From positions 1 to 37,207 of the IMG/VR virus record IMGVR_UViG_3300045988_138588: DNA of 37,207 bases; one strand, 5' to 3'. Positions 18,287 to 26,773 of the stretch are shown piece after piece. A program made the translations under genes and the position numbers. Numbering within the stretch: position 1 is the first letter of the stretch; each line of letters starts with the position of its first letter. This DNA comes from a virus. The notes below the pieces were generated by a model. It did not search any database and was not told the DNA's origin. It saw only the letters and a list, made by a program, of their open reading frames with translations.

Positions 18287-18961
18287 TCATTCAGATGCTC
18301 TGTTGGTCTGCTGGCTCACCTGAAGGTCTTCATCCGGCACTTTGATGCCGTAAACCTTGTACATTTCTTCAAACTCTTTCATGCCCCGCTGGTGGGCTAT
18401 CGTGTGATGGTACCGGCACAGGCACATCTTTCTCAGATCACTGTCGTCAACCGTCCGCCGGTCCCTTCCCATCCCGATCGCGTCAACATGGTGGATCTCC
18501 CCGGGTTTCCCACATACACAGCACTTTCTTTTCATTAGGCAGAAATACAGGTACTTCCCGATATCGTCCGTCCGGTTTACTGCATAATCAGAAATGGGAA
18601 CGCCATTTTCCAGGGCATATTCCAGAATGGTATTGATGAACTCCCTAGCTGTATCCATGGAACAGTCAGAAAGTGAAAAATACTCACAGCCTGTTTTTGC
18701 GATATGCAGATATTTCAGCCATTCTTTCTGAACCTCCGGGAGATAGCCAGTATAGTCGGAAATGTCCCGGATTGTCGCATAGGCTTTCTTCCTCTGCTCA
18801 ATTGATATGTACCGGCCATCATCTATCCGGAGTTCCCCGCTTCTGATCTTTTTTCTGACCAGAAGCTCCCCGATCTGGAGCTTTGGAAGGTCAATCACCA
18901 GTGTGGTTCCCTCCGGGCCTTCTTTATACTTTTGGATATTCACCAACGCATGCATGTCCAT
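18287..18961 (-). CDS. HNH-type nuclease-like protein (DUF968/HNHc-like)
   Basis: CCVCGKPGEIHHVDAIGMGRDRR...CLCRYHHTIAH motif; ATG at 18961 behind AAGGAGG. Confidence 0.6.
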   Translation of the reverse strand: MDMHALVNIQKYKEGPEGTTLVIDLPKLQIGELLVRKKIRSGELRIDDGRYISIEQRKKAYATIRDISDYTGYLPEVQKEWLKYLHIAKTGCEYFSLSDCSMDTAREFINTILEYALENGVPISDYAVNRTDDIGKYLYFCLMKRKCCVCGKPGEIHHVDAIGMGRDRRTVDDSDLRKMCLCRYHHTIAHQRGMKEFEEMYKVYGIKVPDEDLQVSQQTNRASE

Positions 18962-18969
18962 CCGCCTCC

Positions 18970-19761
18970 TTAATTCCAGGGAAGATCGCCGTCTACACTT
19001 TCTGGAATGTCCTGTTTCATATCTTCTGGTGCTGGTTCTGGAAGGCTCTGCCGCTGTTTCAACTGGTCTATCCACTTCTCATACACGCTCAACTGTATGG
19101 ATTCAATATTGCTGATATTCTTCTGCCTTAACGCTTTCTCCAGATTCATTCCGGTTCTTTTCGCTTCTGCCAAAAGGCGCTGCTGTTCTTTCTTATTGAT
19201 CAACCGGTCTGAGGGCTGTTCCGTTTGCTCTTCCATTTTTTCCTTCCCTTTTTTAGGAAATTGATATACAACCATGCCTGAATCTGCATTTTTAATGACC
19301 AACTGATTGATCCGGCCTTTTTCATCATAATCAAGTTTTGAGACCTCAAATCGGTCAAAACAGGTATACTTTCCATTGCTCTGTGCTTTGATCGTACAGT
19401 TATTCGAACTGATCCAGATAAATGGTGCTGTATACAGTTCTCTGCCGATTCCCCAGTTAAAGCAGGCTCGTTTAAAGGAATCAGAAGCCAGTCCCTTTTC
19501 CTTCTCCGTATAGCTTTCTTTTCCGGTATCTTCCTTTGATACCCAGATCTTCCGGTCATCATCCCATATAGAAACGGTACAGTTCGCATTATCCCGGCTG
19601 TGGAACCTCTGCCAGTTCATCGGCCCCACAACCTCATCCAGGATATTCATGTCACATCTGGCATCTTTATAGAGCAGAAGCGACACCCCGTTACCTTTTA
19701 CTACGGAAATCCTGCACTCTACTTCATCAGCCAGGAGTTTCCGGAACTTCAAAGGTTTCAT
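18970..19761 (-). CDS. Rad52/Sak-like single-strand annealing protein
   Basis: ..YKDARCDMNILDEVVGPMNWQ...ASDSFKRACFNWGIGRELY.. resembles Rad52/DUF1071 recombinases. Confidence 0.65.
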   Translation of the reverse strand: MKPLKFRKLLADEVECRISVVKGNGVSLLLYKDARCDMNILDEVVGPMNWQRFHSRDNANCTVSIWDDDRKIWVSKEDTGKESYTEKEKGLASDSFKRACFNWGIGRELYTAPFIWISSNNCTIKAQSNGKYTCFDRFEVSKLDYDEKGRINQLVIKNADSGMVVYQFPKKGKEKMEEQTEQPSDRLINKKEQQRLLAEAKRTGMNLEKALRQKNISNIESIQLSVYEKWIDQLKQRQSLPEPAPEDMKQDIPESVDGDLPWN

Positions 19762-20246
19762 TTAATCACCAGGCTTTCCGTCTGCTTGAGAGAAGCAATC
19801 CCCTCGAATTTCTCTGGATCTTCTTTTACCGCTTTCAGCAGAGCAACACGGTCTACTGTTTTTGAAATGACCAGAAACTCTTCCGGAACTGCAAGGGAGT
19901 CCACGTTGTCCAGGGACGGTGCATTCTTTCTGATAGAGAAACTGTGGAAGTCTGTCTTAAACTTCTTTTTGTCTGCCGTTATCATCGCACGCTGCAGGGC
20001 TTTCTTCATGTATTCAATGTTGTTCTTTCTCGTCCTTTTCATATCAGTCAGACGTGCAATTTCTTTATCGATCGTATCAACCTCTCCTGCCAGCGTGTCC
20101 ATGATTGCCGCATAAGCCTCCGCCTTCTGCTCAAACTCATAATCCACACACTCCAGTGTGTCTTTCATGATCTGCGGATCAATGTTCCCTTCCTCTGCCA
20201 TCTCAAATAAAACGCTATACTGTCCTGTTAATTCTCTTAATGTCAT
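19758..20246 (-). CDS. Siphovirus Gp157-like protein
   Basis: MTLRELTGQYSVLFEMAEEG.. N-terminus and position upstream of the annealing protein; ATG at 20246 behind AAGGAGG. Confidence 0.5.
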   Translation of the reverse strand: MTLRELTGQYSVLFEMAEEGNIDPQIMKDTLECVDYEFEQKAEAYAAIMDTLAGEVDTIDKEIARLTDMKRTRKNNIEYMKKALQRAMITADKKKFKTDFHSFSIRKNAPSLDNVDSLAVPEEFLVISKTVDRVALLKAVKEDPEKFEGIASLKQTESLVIK

Positions 20247-20299
20247 CTTGACTTTCCTCCTTGTTTGTCTCATAATGTAATTGATTTTTTATTGCTATG

Positions 20300-20335
20300 T
20301 GCCCCGCCGGAGTTGCCGCTCCAGGGGCATTTTTC
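20300..20335 (+). terminator. Plus-strand intrinsic terminator-like hairpin inside the minus-strand operon
   Basis: tGCCCC...GGAG-N6-CTCC..GGGGCa followed by TTTTTCATTT on the plus strand; no U-tract on the minus strand. Confidence 0.4.
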
Positions 20336-20365
20336 ATTTCTTCCGGTGTTGCATCCCGGACAAAT

Positions 20366-20527
20366 TCAGCCCAGATCATCCAGCCACCTCCCGACAGATT
20401 CTTGCACTCGCGGGATGAGAGTTATTATTTCCTCGTACAATCTCTTGCACTCCGGATCCAGTGCATCCAGGGCTCTTGATCTCTCGCCCAGCTTATGAAG
20501 CCTGGATTCTACTTCTTTATCTGTCAT
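20366..20527 (-). CDS. Hypothetical small protein (53 aa)
   Basis: ATG at 20527 behind GGAGG. Confidence 0.55.
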   Translation of the reverse strand: MTDKEVESRLHKLGERSRALDALDPECKRLYEEIITLIPRVQESVGRWLDDLG

Positions 20528-20699
20528 GTTCCCGCCTCCGAAGCTCTTCATCCACCAAACGTCTCAACTCTGCCAGTTCCTTATTGACTGCTTCCAGCAC
20601 CTGGTCATACTCCGGTTTCCAGTCAATGCCGGAGTGTCGTAAGACCCACATTTTTGTATGTACAGCATTGATATAGCGGCTTACTTCTGCATCTGTCAT
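20517..20699 (-). CDS. Hypothetical small protein (60 aa)
   Basis: ATGA overlap with the upstream gene stop. Confidence 0.55.
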   Translation of the reverse strand: MTDAEVSRYINAVHTKMWVLRHSGIDWKPEYDQVLEAVNKELAELRRLVDEELRRREHDR

Positions 20700-20893
20700 T
20701 CTCGTTGCCTCCTTCCTCTGAGCAGTTCCCGAATACCATCCCAAGCATCCAGCATCAGCCATTTGAGGAAAATGAACATTCCAACTGTCCCGACTACCCG
20801 GCATCCCGCGCTGACATCTCCCTGCGTCGCCACCCAGGCGGCCGCCGTGATCGACGCAAGGGTTGTCACAGTGTTTCTCAACATATTTGCCAT
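20696..20893 (-). CDS. Small membrane protein (65 aa, two hydrophobic segments)
   Basis: ATG at 20893 behind GGGAGGA; hydrophobic stretches TVTTLASITAAAWVA and VVGTVGMFIFLKWLML. Confidence 0.6.
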   Translation of the reverse strand: MANMLRNTVTTLASITAAAWVATQGDVSAGCRVVGTVGMFIFLKWLMLDAWDGIRELLRGRRQRE

Positions 20894-20909
20894 GCTCGTC
20901 CTCCCTTCC

Positions 20910-20934
20910 CCGCCCTCAGGCGGTTTTTGCTTTT
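20910..20934 (+). terminator. Plus-strand intrinsic terminator-like hairpin CCGCC-CTCA-GGCGG followed by TTTTTGCTTTT
   Basis: Read directly. It lies in the 5' leader of the minus-strand membrane protein gene. Confidence 0.4.
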
Positions 20935-21337
20935 GGTGTTACGTCAAAGCCAATGTTTCCTCCGGCCCGGATCATAACTTCCTCTACCATTCTCTGTACT
21001 ACTTCCGGCGGAACATCCTCCTGCCGGACCCATTCACCATTGATTTGTGGAATCTATATGATTAAAAAACTGATCCTGCCCTGCTCCCTATATGAACTTT
21101 CTTATTCCGTCAGCTAATGGGCCGCAACATCCGCAGAACTAAAACTGCATAAGTGGCGGAGTATTCCAAGAAGCATATTGTGTTGGGATATGCGGCGTTG
21201 TGCGCATGTGAATAGTTTAGGCACTTACTTCACTAAGCGAATGAACCGGGCACTTAAACACAACACCTGCAAAATACATAGGGTAAATAAATTTAGGCAA
21301 AAGTCGTAAGAACCAACACTTCTTATGGCTTTTTGCT

Positions 21338-21535
21338 TTAATCTGCTTTAAATAAGTATTCCAGATCATACTCCGGGAAAAGTTCCTTTTTGGTAGCAAC
21401 CGCTTCCTGGTATGTAAATGGGGTTCTTCCCCGGATCTTGTTCTGGATGGTCCTCTCATCTACACCAAGAACCTTTGCATAGGCCCTCACTGTGATACCT
21501 TTGGCATCCAAAACCTTTTTCAGGTTGTTCAGCAT
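21338..21535 (-). CDS. Small HTH regulator (Cro/XRE-like, 65 aa)
   Basis: GITVRAYAKVLGVDERTIQNKIRG HTH; ATG behind GGAGGG. Confidence 0.7.
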   Translation of the reverse strand: MLNNLKKVLDAKGITVRAYAKVLGVDERTIQNKIRGRTPFTYQEAVATKKELFPEYDLEYLFKAD

Positions 21536-21634
21536 CTTTCTGCCCTCCTTCTCATTGACTTTTCCATCTCATTCTCCTATCCTGTTCCTGCAGGGCACTG
21601 CCATGCCCGAGTACAAAGAAAGGAGATTTTTGTC

Positions 21635-21820
21635 ATGGAAAAAGTAAAAATAATTACTGGTTCCTGCCCAGTTAAAAATGCGAACGTTGATGTAAAAGTA
21701 ACTTACGTTCATTCCTCAAATTGTTGGGAAAAGGGCATTTCTGAACCACCTTGTTCATCACCTTGTAGTGGTGGATGTCCAATTCTCGATTCAGCCCCTG
21801 ATGAATTAGGTAGTCTCTAA
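21635..21820 (+). CDS. Cys-rich small protein (61 aa)
   Basis: ATG behind AAAGGAG. Six Cys including CSSPCSGGC. Divergent from the HTH gene and convergent with the 105-aa gene. Confidence 0.55.
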   Translation: MEKVKIITGSCPVKNANVDVKVTYVHSSNCWEKGISEPPCSSPCSGGCPILDSAPDELGSL

Positions 21821-22123
21821 TTCAATCCCAAGCTCCCCACAAAGTCTGACCTTCTCTTCTTTTGAAATTGTTTCTGATTCCAAAAGCCGGTTGACTGAAA
21901 TATAGTGATGGTTGAACGGTTCCGGCAATGTGGGGAGCCATTTTGCATCCAACTCTATGTTTGTCGCTTTCATGTCAATCTGTAATACCGGCGCTCCGGA
22001 ATTTTCCTTGTAGCTCTGTGAAAATCGGATTCCCACAACACCTTTCAACTCTTTATCGTCTACAAAAAGCTGGGTATTCATGATGCCATCTGTTTTGATT
22101 CTGATGTGCGGTGCTTTTCTCAT
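21806..22123 (-). CDS. Hypothetical protein (105 aa)
   Basis: ATG behind AAGGGGTGAAG. Confidence 0.6.
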   Translation of the reverse strand: MRKAPHIRIKTDGIMNTQLFVDDKELKGVVGIRFSQSYKENSGAPVLQIDMKATNIELDAKWLPTLPEPFNHHYISVNRLLESETISKEEKVRLCGELGIELETT

Positions 22124-22216
22124 TTCTTCACCCCTTTCTCCGTTTCCTACTATTGCTTTCTCTTTTCGCTTCTCCTATACTGTCTATCGTGCTTTCACCG
22201 TTTTTTCAGGCTTTTT

Positions 22217-22426
22217 TTACCAAATTATACGGATTATAGGCAGCACGAAAGCTACGATTGAAGCTATCAGACTTCCTATTGAAAGCCACAGTGGGAAGTC
22301 TGGATGCCGCAGTTCAAAACTCAGCCGATACCCCGGATTGTCTTTCTCAAAATTTTTGATTTCTTTCCGGGTCAATATGTGATCTGTGGAAATGATTGTG
22401 ATTTTCTTTTCTTTTTTCTTTTTCAT
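22217..22426 (-). CDS. Tail-anchored small membrane protein (69 aa)
   Basis: Lys-rich N-terminus and a C-terminal transmembrane segment LWLSIGSLIASIVAFVLPII; AAGGAG RBS. Confidence 0.6.
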   Translation of the reverse strand: MKKKKEKKITIISTDHILTRKEIKNFEKDNPGYRLSFELRHPDFPLWLSIGSLIASIVAFVLPIIRIIW

Positions 22427-22447
22427 TGGATACTCCTTTTTCCGTTG

Positions 22448-22636
22448 TCACTTTGGAACTTCTTCGGAAGTACTATGAAGGGCTACTTCAACAGCTTTCT
22501 TGACTCCGCTTGAAATAGGATGACTGTTTCTCGGGAACTCCAGGTCTGACTTAATACCCTGGAGTTCCTTTTTTATACTGCAAAGCTCATTGGCGATGTT
22601 CCCCAGTTCACTGGCAATCAGGTAAAGTGCTCTCAT
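22448..22636 (-). CDS. Hypothetical small protein (62 aa)
   Basis: ATG at 22636 behind GAGGTGAG. Confidence 0.5.
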   Translation of the reverse strand: MRALYLIASELGNIANELCSIKKELQGIKSDLEFPRNSHPISSGVKKAVEVALHSTSEEVPK

Positions 22637-22640
22637 TTTC

Positions 22641-22832
22641 TCACCTCTTCTCTTCAAGGAAATACTCGATCGGCACGTTGAAGTAGTCGGCTACTGCCTT
22701 CAGCCTATCGGCAGCGGGGATTGCATTTTTCCATTTAACAATTGAACTTGCAGAAAATCCCAAATCCTTCTCAACACGATAAATAGAAACCTTCTTTTTT
22801 TTACAAAGTTCCTTCACCTTTTCGTAAATCAA
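22641..22832 (-). CDS. Cro-like XRE HTH regulator
   Basis: TTG start behind GGAGGTG; VSIYRVEKDLGFSASSIVKWKN HTH; divergent from the CI-like gene. Confidence 0.75.
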   Translation of the reverse strand: MIYEKVKELCKKKKVSIYRVEKDLGFSASSIVKWKNAIPAADRLKAVADYFNVPIEYFLEEKR

Positions 22833-23079
22833 GTTATCACCTCCATTGCATGATTTTTTTCATAATCATATTGACTTTTTCATGAAAATAATCTATTATA
22901 TAGGCATAGTGATAGCTGAAAATATTCATGTAGCCCGTAGATAAGAATTCTGCAAAATTTTTATCTATAGATTTTTTTCATGTGAATTTTGTTTACACAC
23001 ATATATTACATGATTATTTTCTAGTTGTCAATAGATTTTACATGTTTTTTTTCATGTTATTGAAAGGAGTTTTATACTA
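22833..23079. promoter_or_regulatory. Divergent CI/Cro switch region with repeated T-rich CATG operator-like motifs
   Basis: Seven CATG cores in about 210 AT-rich bp, including the palindrome TTTTCATGAAAA (about 22877-22888). TTGACT-17nt-TATTAT lies on the plus strand at 22871-22899. Confidence 0.6.
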
Positions 23080-23433
23080 TTGACGCTAGTAGATAAAATC
23101 AGAGCCTTGGCTCGGCAAAGAGATTTGAGTTTACCACAGTTAGAGCAAGAATTGGGATTGGGAAATGGTACGATAAGCCGTTGGCGTAATTCATCCCCTA
23201 ATACTGAAAAATTGCAAAAAATTGCTGACTATTTTAATGTTTCTATGGATTACCTCTTAGGCCGAGAACAGTTTTTGACACCTAAAGATGAAAAAGATAT
23301 TTCCAAGATTCTCGATCAGACCAAACAGCAACTTCTCTCCCAGGAAGGGTTAATGTTTGACGGGGATCCTGCCAGTCCAGAAGCTATTCCTTTACCGATG
23401 AAAACATCCAAAAAATCATTGTGGATTTTTTAG
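23080..23433 (+). CDS. CI-like XRE repressor, with an atypical C-terminal end
   Basis: TTG start 10 nt after GGAG; LSLPQLEQELGLGNGTISRWRN HTH. The usual tail after ..MFDGDPASPEAI is replaced by PLPMKTSKKSLWIF-stop. Confidence 0.7.
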   Translation: MTLVDKIRALARQRDLSLPQLEQELGLGNGTISRWRNSSPNTEKLQKIADYFNVSMDYLLGREQFLTPKDEKDISKILDQTKQQLLSQEGLMFDGDPASPEAIPLPMKTSKKSLWIF

Positions 23434-24296
23434 AGTGCTTATCTCCTGAACAATTGAGTGATATTCGAGACCACTTTATTTTTATCAGTTATGAAAAAGG
23501 TCAAAAAGATTTGGTGGAAATCCAACGCACGATTATCACTTCCGTTGGCACTGAGATACCTATAACAGAGATTTGTACCGATAACTTTGGCTTAATGTAT
23601 GATATCCTAAATCAAATTACCCCAGGAATATCGCCTTTAAAAATCCGTGAAACGAAAAGAATAATTAAAGGTATTGTAGATACCAGTATTACTTCTTCCC
23701 AAGCAGAATCTGTTATTGTAGGCATAGATGATCTAACTCAAATTGATCTTTCATCCAAACCGTTGGCGGTTGCTATTGGATATAAGGAGAGCATTTTAAG
23801 CAAGTTTGGATATGGGTTATTTAATGACGATCTTATCATAGAAGATATTTTGTTTGACAATAAGCATTTTAATCCTGATTCAATGTGTATCGACCGTTTC
23901 AAGTCAATCCACTGCAATCGACTTTTGCCAGTTTTTAAATACGTAAAGAATTCCTCTTCATCAGTAGCTGACAATTCCAGATTAAAAGCATACATTGAAC
24001 AACATAATTCTATAGATAAAATTATATCGAAAAACATTGAAAAAACTTTAAAAAATGTACCAATTTTTCCAGACCATCATAGCTTAATCGAGGCTATAAA
24101 AAAGGTTGATGATATCAATAAAAAGTCTGGGATTCTTTTAAAAAATATTCATTCTATGTCTAATGTAGAGATACGAAATGCTTGCATTGACATTTTTCAA
24201 ATTGATCGAATTGGAGCAATGAAATCTACGAATTTTAAAAGATGTGTTATGTATTTGGATCTGATGGAAAATTATACAATAGAAAAAAACCAGTAA
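23421..24296 (+). CDS. AT-rich orphan ORF (291 aa), function unknown
   Basis: Long open frame with markedly low GC. Only a GTG start with no RBS. Its frame is already open from 23361 and overlaps the CI 3' end. Confidence 0.55.
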   Translation: MDFLECLSPEQLSDIRDHFIFISYEKGQKDLVEIQRTIITSVGTEIPITEICTDNFGLMYDILNQITPGISPLKIRETKRIIKGIVDTSITSSQAESVIVGIDDLTQIDLSSKPLAVAIGYKESILSKFGYGLFNDDLIIEDILFDNKHFNPDSMCIDRFKSIHCNRLLPVFKYVKNSSSSVADNSRLKAYIEQHNSIDKIISKNIEKTLKNVPIFPDHHSLIEAIKKVDDINKKSGILLKNIHSMSNVEIRNACIDIFQIDRIGAMKSTNFKRCVMYLDLMENYTIEKNQ

Positions 24297-24334
24297 ACCT
24301 TTTCTGGTAAACACCAAAAACATTACTGGTTTTT
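24285..24334 (+). terminator. Hairpin AAAAACCAGTAA...TTACTGGTTTTT spanning the stop of the 291-aa ORF
   Basis: 12-bp arms read directly, with a 26-nt loop. Confidence 0.35.
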
Positions 24335-24476
24335 CTCTATAAAATTGTTTCCAGAACACTTATGGTTCTGTGTTCTTCATAATTATTATTCAGCCATTTA
24401 AGATGTTTTAACTTTCTTTTGGCTTGATTGCATCATACAATGACCTAAGCAATTTGTCAAGTATTTATTGAATAAC

Positions 24477-24527
24477 TGCGCGTCGCATTCTCGTTACTTC
24501 AGTGATGAGTTAGACGCGCAATTTTTT
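24477..24527 (+). terminator. Left-end hairpin TGCGCGTC-N28-GACGCGCA followed by a T-run (IS200-style outward-transcription stop / TnpA site)
   Basis: Read directly; followed by ATTTTTTAT. Confidence 0.5.
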
Positions 24528-24700
24528 ATAAAAATATCGTAACTATTCAGAGCCACCTCGATTCCTCTGTGCTTCCTCTCGTTGTGGCTTCTCGTCAAAT
24601 AGATTTCCAGTCAAAAGTGTTCGTTCATGCAAGCATGACTCACACTTTTTGCTGAAAATCTGCCTGGCTCTGAATAGTTACAAAATATCCAGAACAAATG

Positions 24701-24729
24701 TTTACTTAAAGAAGCACATATGGTATAAT
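24701..24729 (+). promoter_or_regulatory. Putative tnpA promoter TTTACT-17nt-TATAAT (extended TG)
   Basis: The -10 box ends 6 nt before the ATG at 24736, which implies a near-leaderless mRNA. Confidence 0.45.
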
Positions 24730-24735
24730 ATAGAC

Positions 24736-25179
24736 ATGGAAAAAGAGATATTTAATATAAATAAAAATCAACTTTCATATGGTAGAGGATATGTATATTC
24801 TCTGCAGTATCATCTGGTCTGGTGTACGAAATACAGGAAGAAAGTATTAAAAGACGGGATTGACCTGGAATGCAAAAAGATGCTGCAGGATCTGGCAGAG
24901 GAGTATCAATTTCAGATCCTGGCAATGGAAGTCATGCCGGATCATATCCATATGCTTGTGGATTGCCGGCCGCAGTTTTATATTTCAGATATGATCAAGA
25001 TCATGAAAGGGAATCTTGCACGTCAGATGTTCCTTGTACATCCGGAGCTGAAAAAAGAACTGTGGGAAGGACACTTGTGGAACCCGTCTTATTGTGCCGT
25101 GACCGTCAGTGACCGGAGCCGTGAGCAGGTATCTGCCTATATCGAAGGCCAGAAGAAAAAAGAAAAGAGAAAACTCTGA
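24736..25179 (+). CDS. tnpA: IS200/IS605 Y1 (HUH) transposase TnpA
   Basis: YHLVWCTKYRKKVL, the HUH motif PDHIHMLV, and the C-terminal Tyr in VSAYIEGQ. Confidence 0.9.
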   Translation: MEKEIFNINKNQLSYGRGYVYSLQYHLVWCTKYRKKVLKDGIDLECKKMLQDLAEEYQFQILAMEVMPDHIHMLVDCRPQFYISDMIKIMKGNLARQMFLVHPELKKELWEGHLWNPSYCAVTVSDRSREQVSAYIEGQKKKEKRKL

Positions 25180-25230
25180 GTACAAGGGCCGATTCAGAAA
25201 CGTTTGTTTTTGTGGGAAAGGGGAAAGAAG

Positions 25231-26559
25231 ATGCGGACAGTATCCAGTTATGGTGCGGAGATACGAAAACCGAATATCCCGCTCCGTCTGACAATGAAAA
25301 CCTATCGTCAGGCAGTCAGTTACCTGACAGAGATCTATGTGCAGGTATGGGAAGAACTGCGGGAGATCCCGGAGACAAAAAAGCGTTTTAATGCTGCAGA
25401 GCATATGGTACACACGACGAAGAAAAATACTGCCCGGTTTGATTTTGACCTTTGTTTTCCGAAGATGCCGTCTTATCTCCGCAGGGCGGCGATCCAGCAT
25501 GCACTTGGAAGTATATCTTCGTATGAGACCCGGCTGGAACAGTGGACGAAAACCGGAAAGCTGACCGGAAAGCCGAGACTCAGCTGCGAAAACCATGCCA
25601 TGCCGGTCTTTTACCGGGATGTGATGTACCGGGAAGGCGGAGAAGGAAAGGATGAGGCATATCTGAAGCTGTACGACGGACACGACTGGAAATGGTTCCG
25701 GGTATGTTTAAAACATACCGATATGGAATATCTTCGGAGAAACTGGAAGGGGAAGAAAGCGTCAGCCCCGACCCTGGAAAAGAGACAGCGCCGGTATTTT
25801 CTGCGTTTTTTCTATACAGAAGAAGTAACACTTACGAAAACACCAGTAGAAGAACAGATCATCTGCAGTGTGGATCTGGGGATTAATACCGATGCGGTCT
25901 GTACGATCATGCGTTCAGACGGAACTGTCCTGGGGAGGAAGTTTATCAACTTTCCCAGTGAAAAAGACCGGATGTACCGTGTGCTGGGACGGATCCGGAG
26001 ATTCCAGAGGGAGCATAGTTCTGTACAGGCAGGAGGGAGATGGGAGTATGCCAGCCGCCTGAACGCAGAATTAGCGAGGAAGATCGCCGGGGCAGTCAGC
26101 GCTTATGCAGAAGAACACCATTCGGACGTTATCGTATTCGAGTATCTGGAGATGCAGGGAAAGATAGCGGGAAATAAGAAACAGAAGCTGCATCTGTGGA
26201 GAAAGCGGGATATCCAGAAACGCTGTGAGCATCAGGCACACAGGAAAGGGATGCGTGTATCCAGGATCTGTGCGTGGAATACCAGCCGGCTGGCATATGA
26301 CGGGTCCGGGGCAGTCCTGCGTGATGGGAAGAACCATAGCTTGTGTACCTTTTCGACAGGAAAAAGATATCACTGTGATCTCTCAGCTTCTTATAATATC
26401 GGAGCGAGATATTTTATCCGTGAACTTTTAAAACCCCTTCCGGCAACGGAAAGGTCTTTACTGGAGGCAAAAGTTCCTTCCGTAAAGCGTAGAACCTCAT
26501 GTGTTTATGCAGATCTGAGAGAACTTCATCTACAGATGGAGATCTTAAAGGCAGTATAA
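25231..26559 (+). CDS. tnpB: TnpB (RuvC-like RNA-guided nuclease family)
   Basis: RuvC-like motifs SVDLGIN, VFEYLE and HCDLSASYNIGARY; no canonical CxxC zinc finger. Confidence 0.85.
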   Translation: MRTVSSYGAEIRKPNIPLRLTMKTYRQAVSYLTEIYVQVWEELREIPETKKRFNAAEHMVHTTKKNTARFDFDLCFPKMPSYLRRAAIQHALGSISSYETRLEQWTKTGKLTGKPRLSCENHAMPVFYRDVMYREGGEGKDEAYLKLYDGHDWKWFRVCLKHTDMEYLRRNWKGKKASAPTLEKRQRRYFLRFFYTEEVTLTKTPVEEQIICSVDLGINTDAVCTIMRSDGTVLGRKFINFPSEKDRMYRVLGRIRRFQREHSSVQAGGRWEYASRLNAELARKIAGAVSAYAEEHHSDVIVFEYLEMQGKIAGNKKQKLHLWRKRDIQKRCEHQAHRKGMRVSRICAWNTSRLAYDGSGAVLRDGKNHSLCTFSTGKRYHCDLSASYNIGARYFIRELLKPLPATERSLLEAKVPSVKRRTSCVYADLRELHLQMEILKAV

Positions 26560-26772
26560 ATACAGGCAGATATACAGTGGACTACCTGCAATGTGGGAAC
26601 CTGCCGTATTCGGTATGGAAAAAGCGCATAACCGCGCAGACCTAAGTTACAGGCGTATCCGCCGATATTTAGTCTGACGCCTAAAGCGTCTGGAAGCATG
26701 TGACTTTAGTCATGTGAGGGTCACAGTAACAAAAACCGTTAAAAGCCTTATCAAATCAAATTTTATCATACG
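26560..26772 (+). ncRNA. Predicted omega/right-end RNA region of TnpB-1
   Basis: Structured non-coding 3' flank of tnpB (GACGC-CTAAA-GCGTC and CATGTGAC-TTTA-GTCATGTG). Placed by analogy with characterised TnpB loci. Confidence 0.35.
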
Positions 26773-26773
26773 A

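Larger units (their letters stand above)
24460..26772 (+). mobile_element. IS200/IS605-family element 1 (tnpA plus tnpB); ends approximate
   Basis: Y1 transposase and TnpB lie in tandem. The subterminal hairpins share GACGC/GCGTC arms: 24477-24520 and 26676-26690. Confidence 0.75.

Noticed and set aside
24539-24681. 16-bp inverted repeat flanking about 110 nt, superficially like retron a1/a2 repeats
   Set aside because: There is no reverse transcriptase in the genome, and the repeat lies in the left end of an IS200/IS605 element. It is treated as IS end structure.
24985-25683. 232-aa minus-strand ORF (plus other ORFs at 25106-26373) overlapping tnpA/tnpB
   Set aside because: It is antisense to two genes with clear family motifs.
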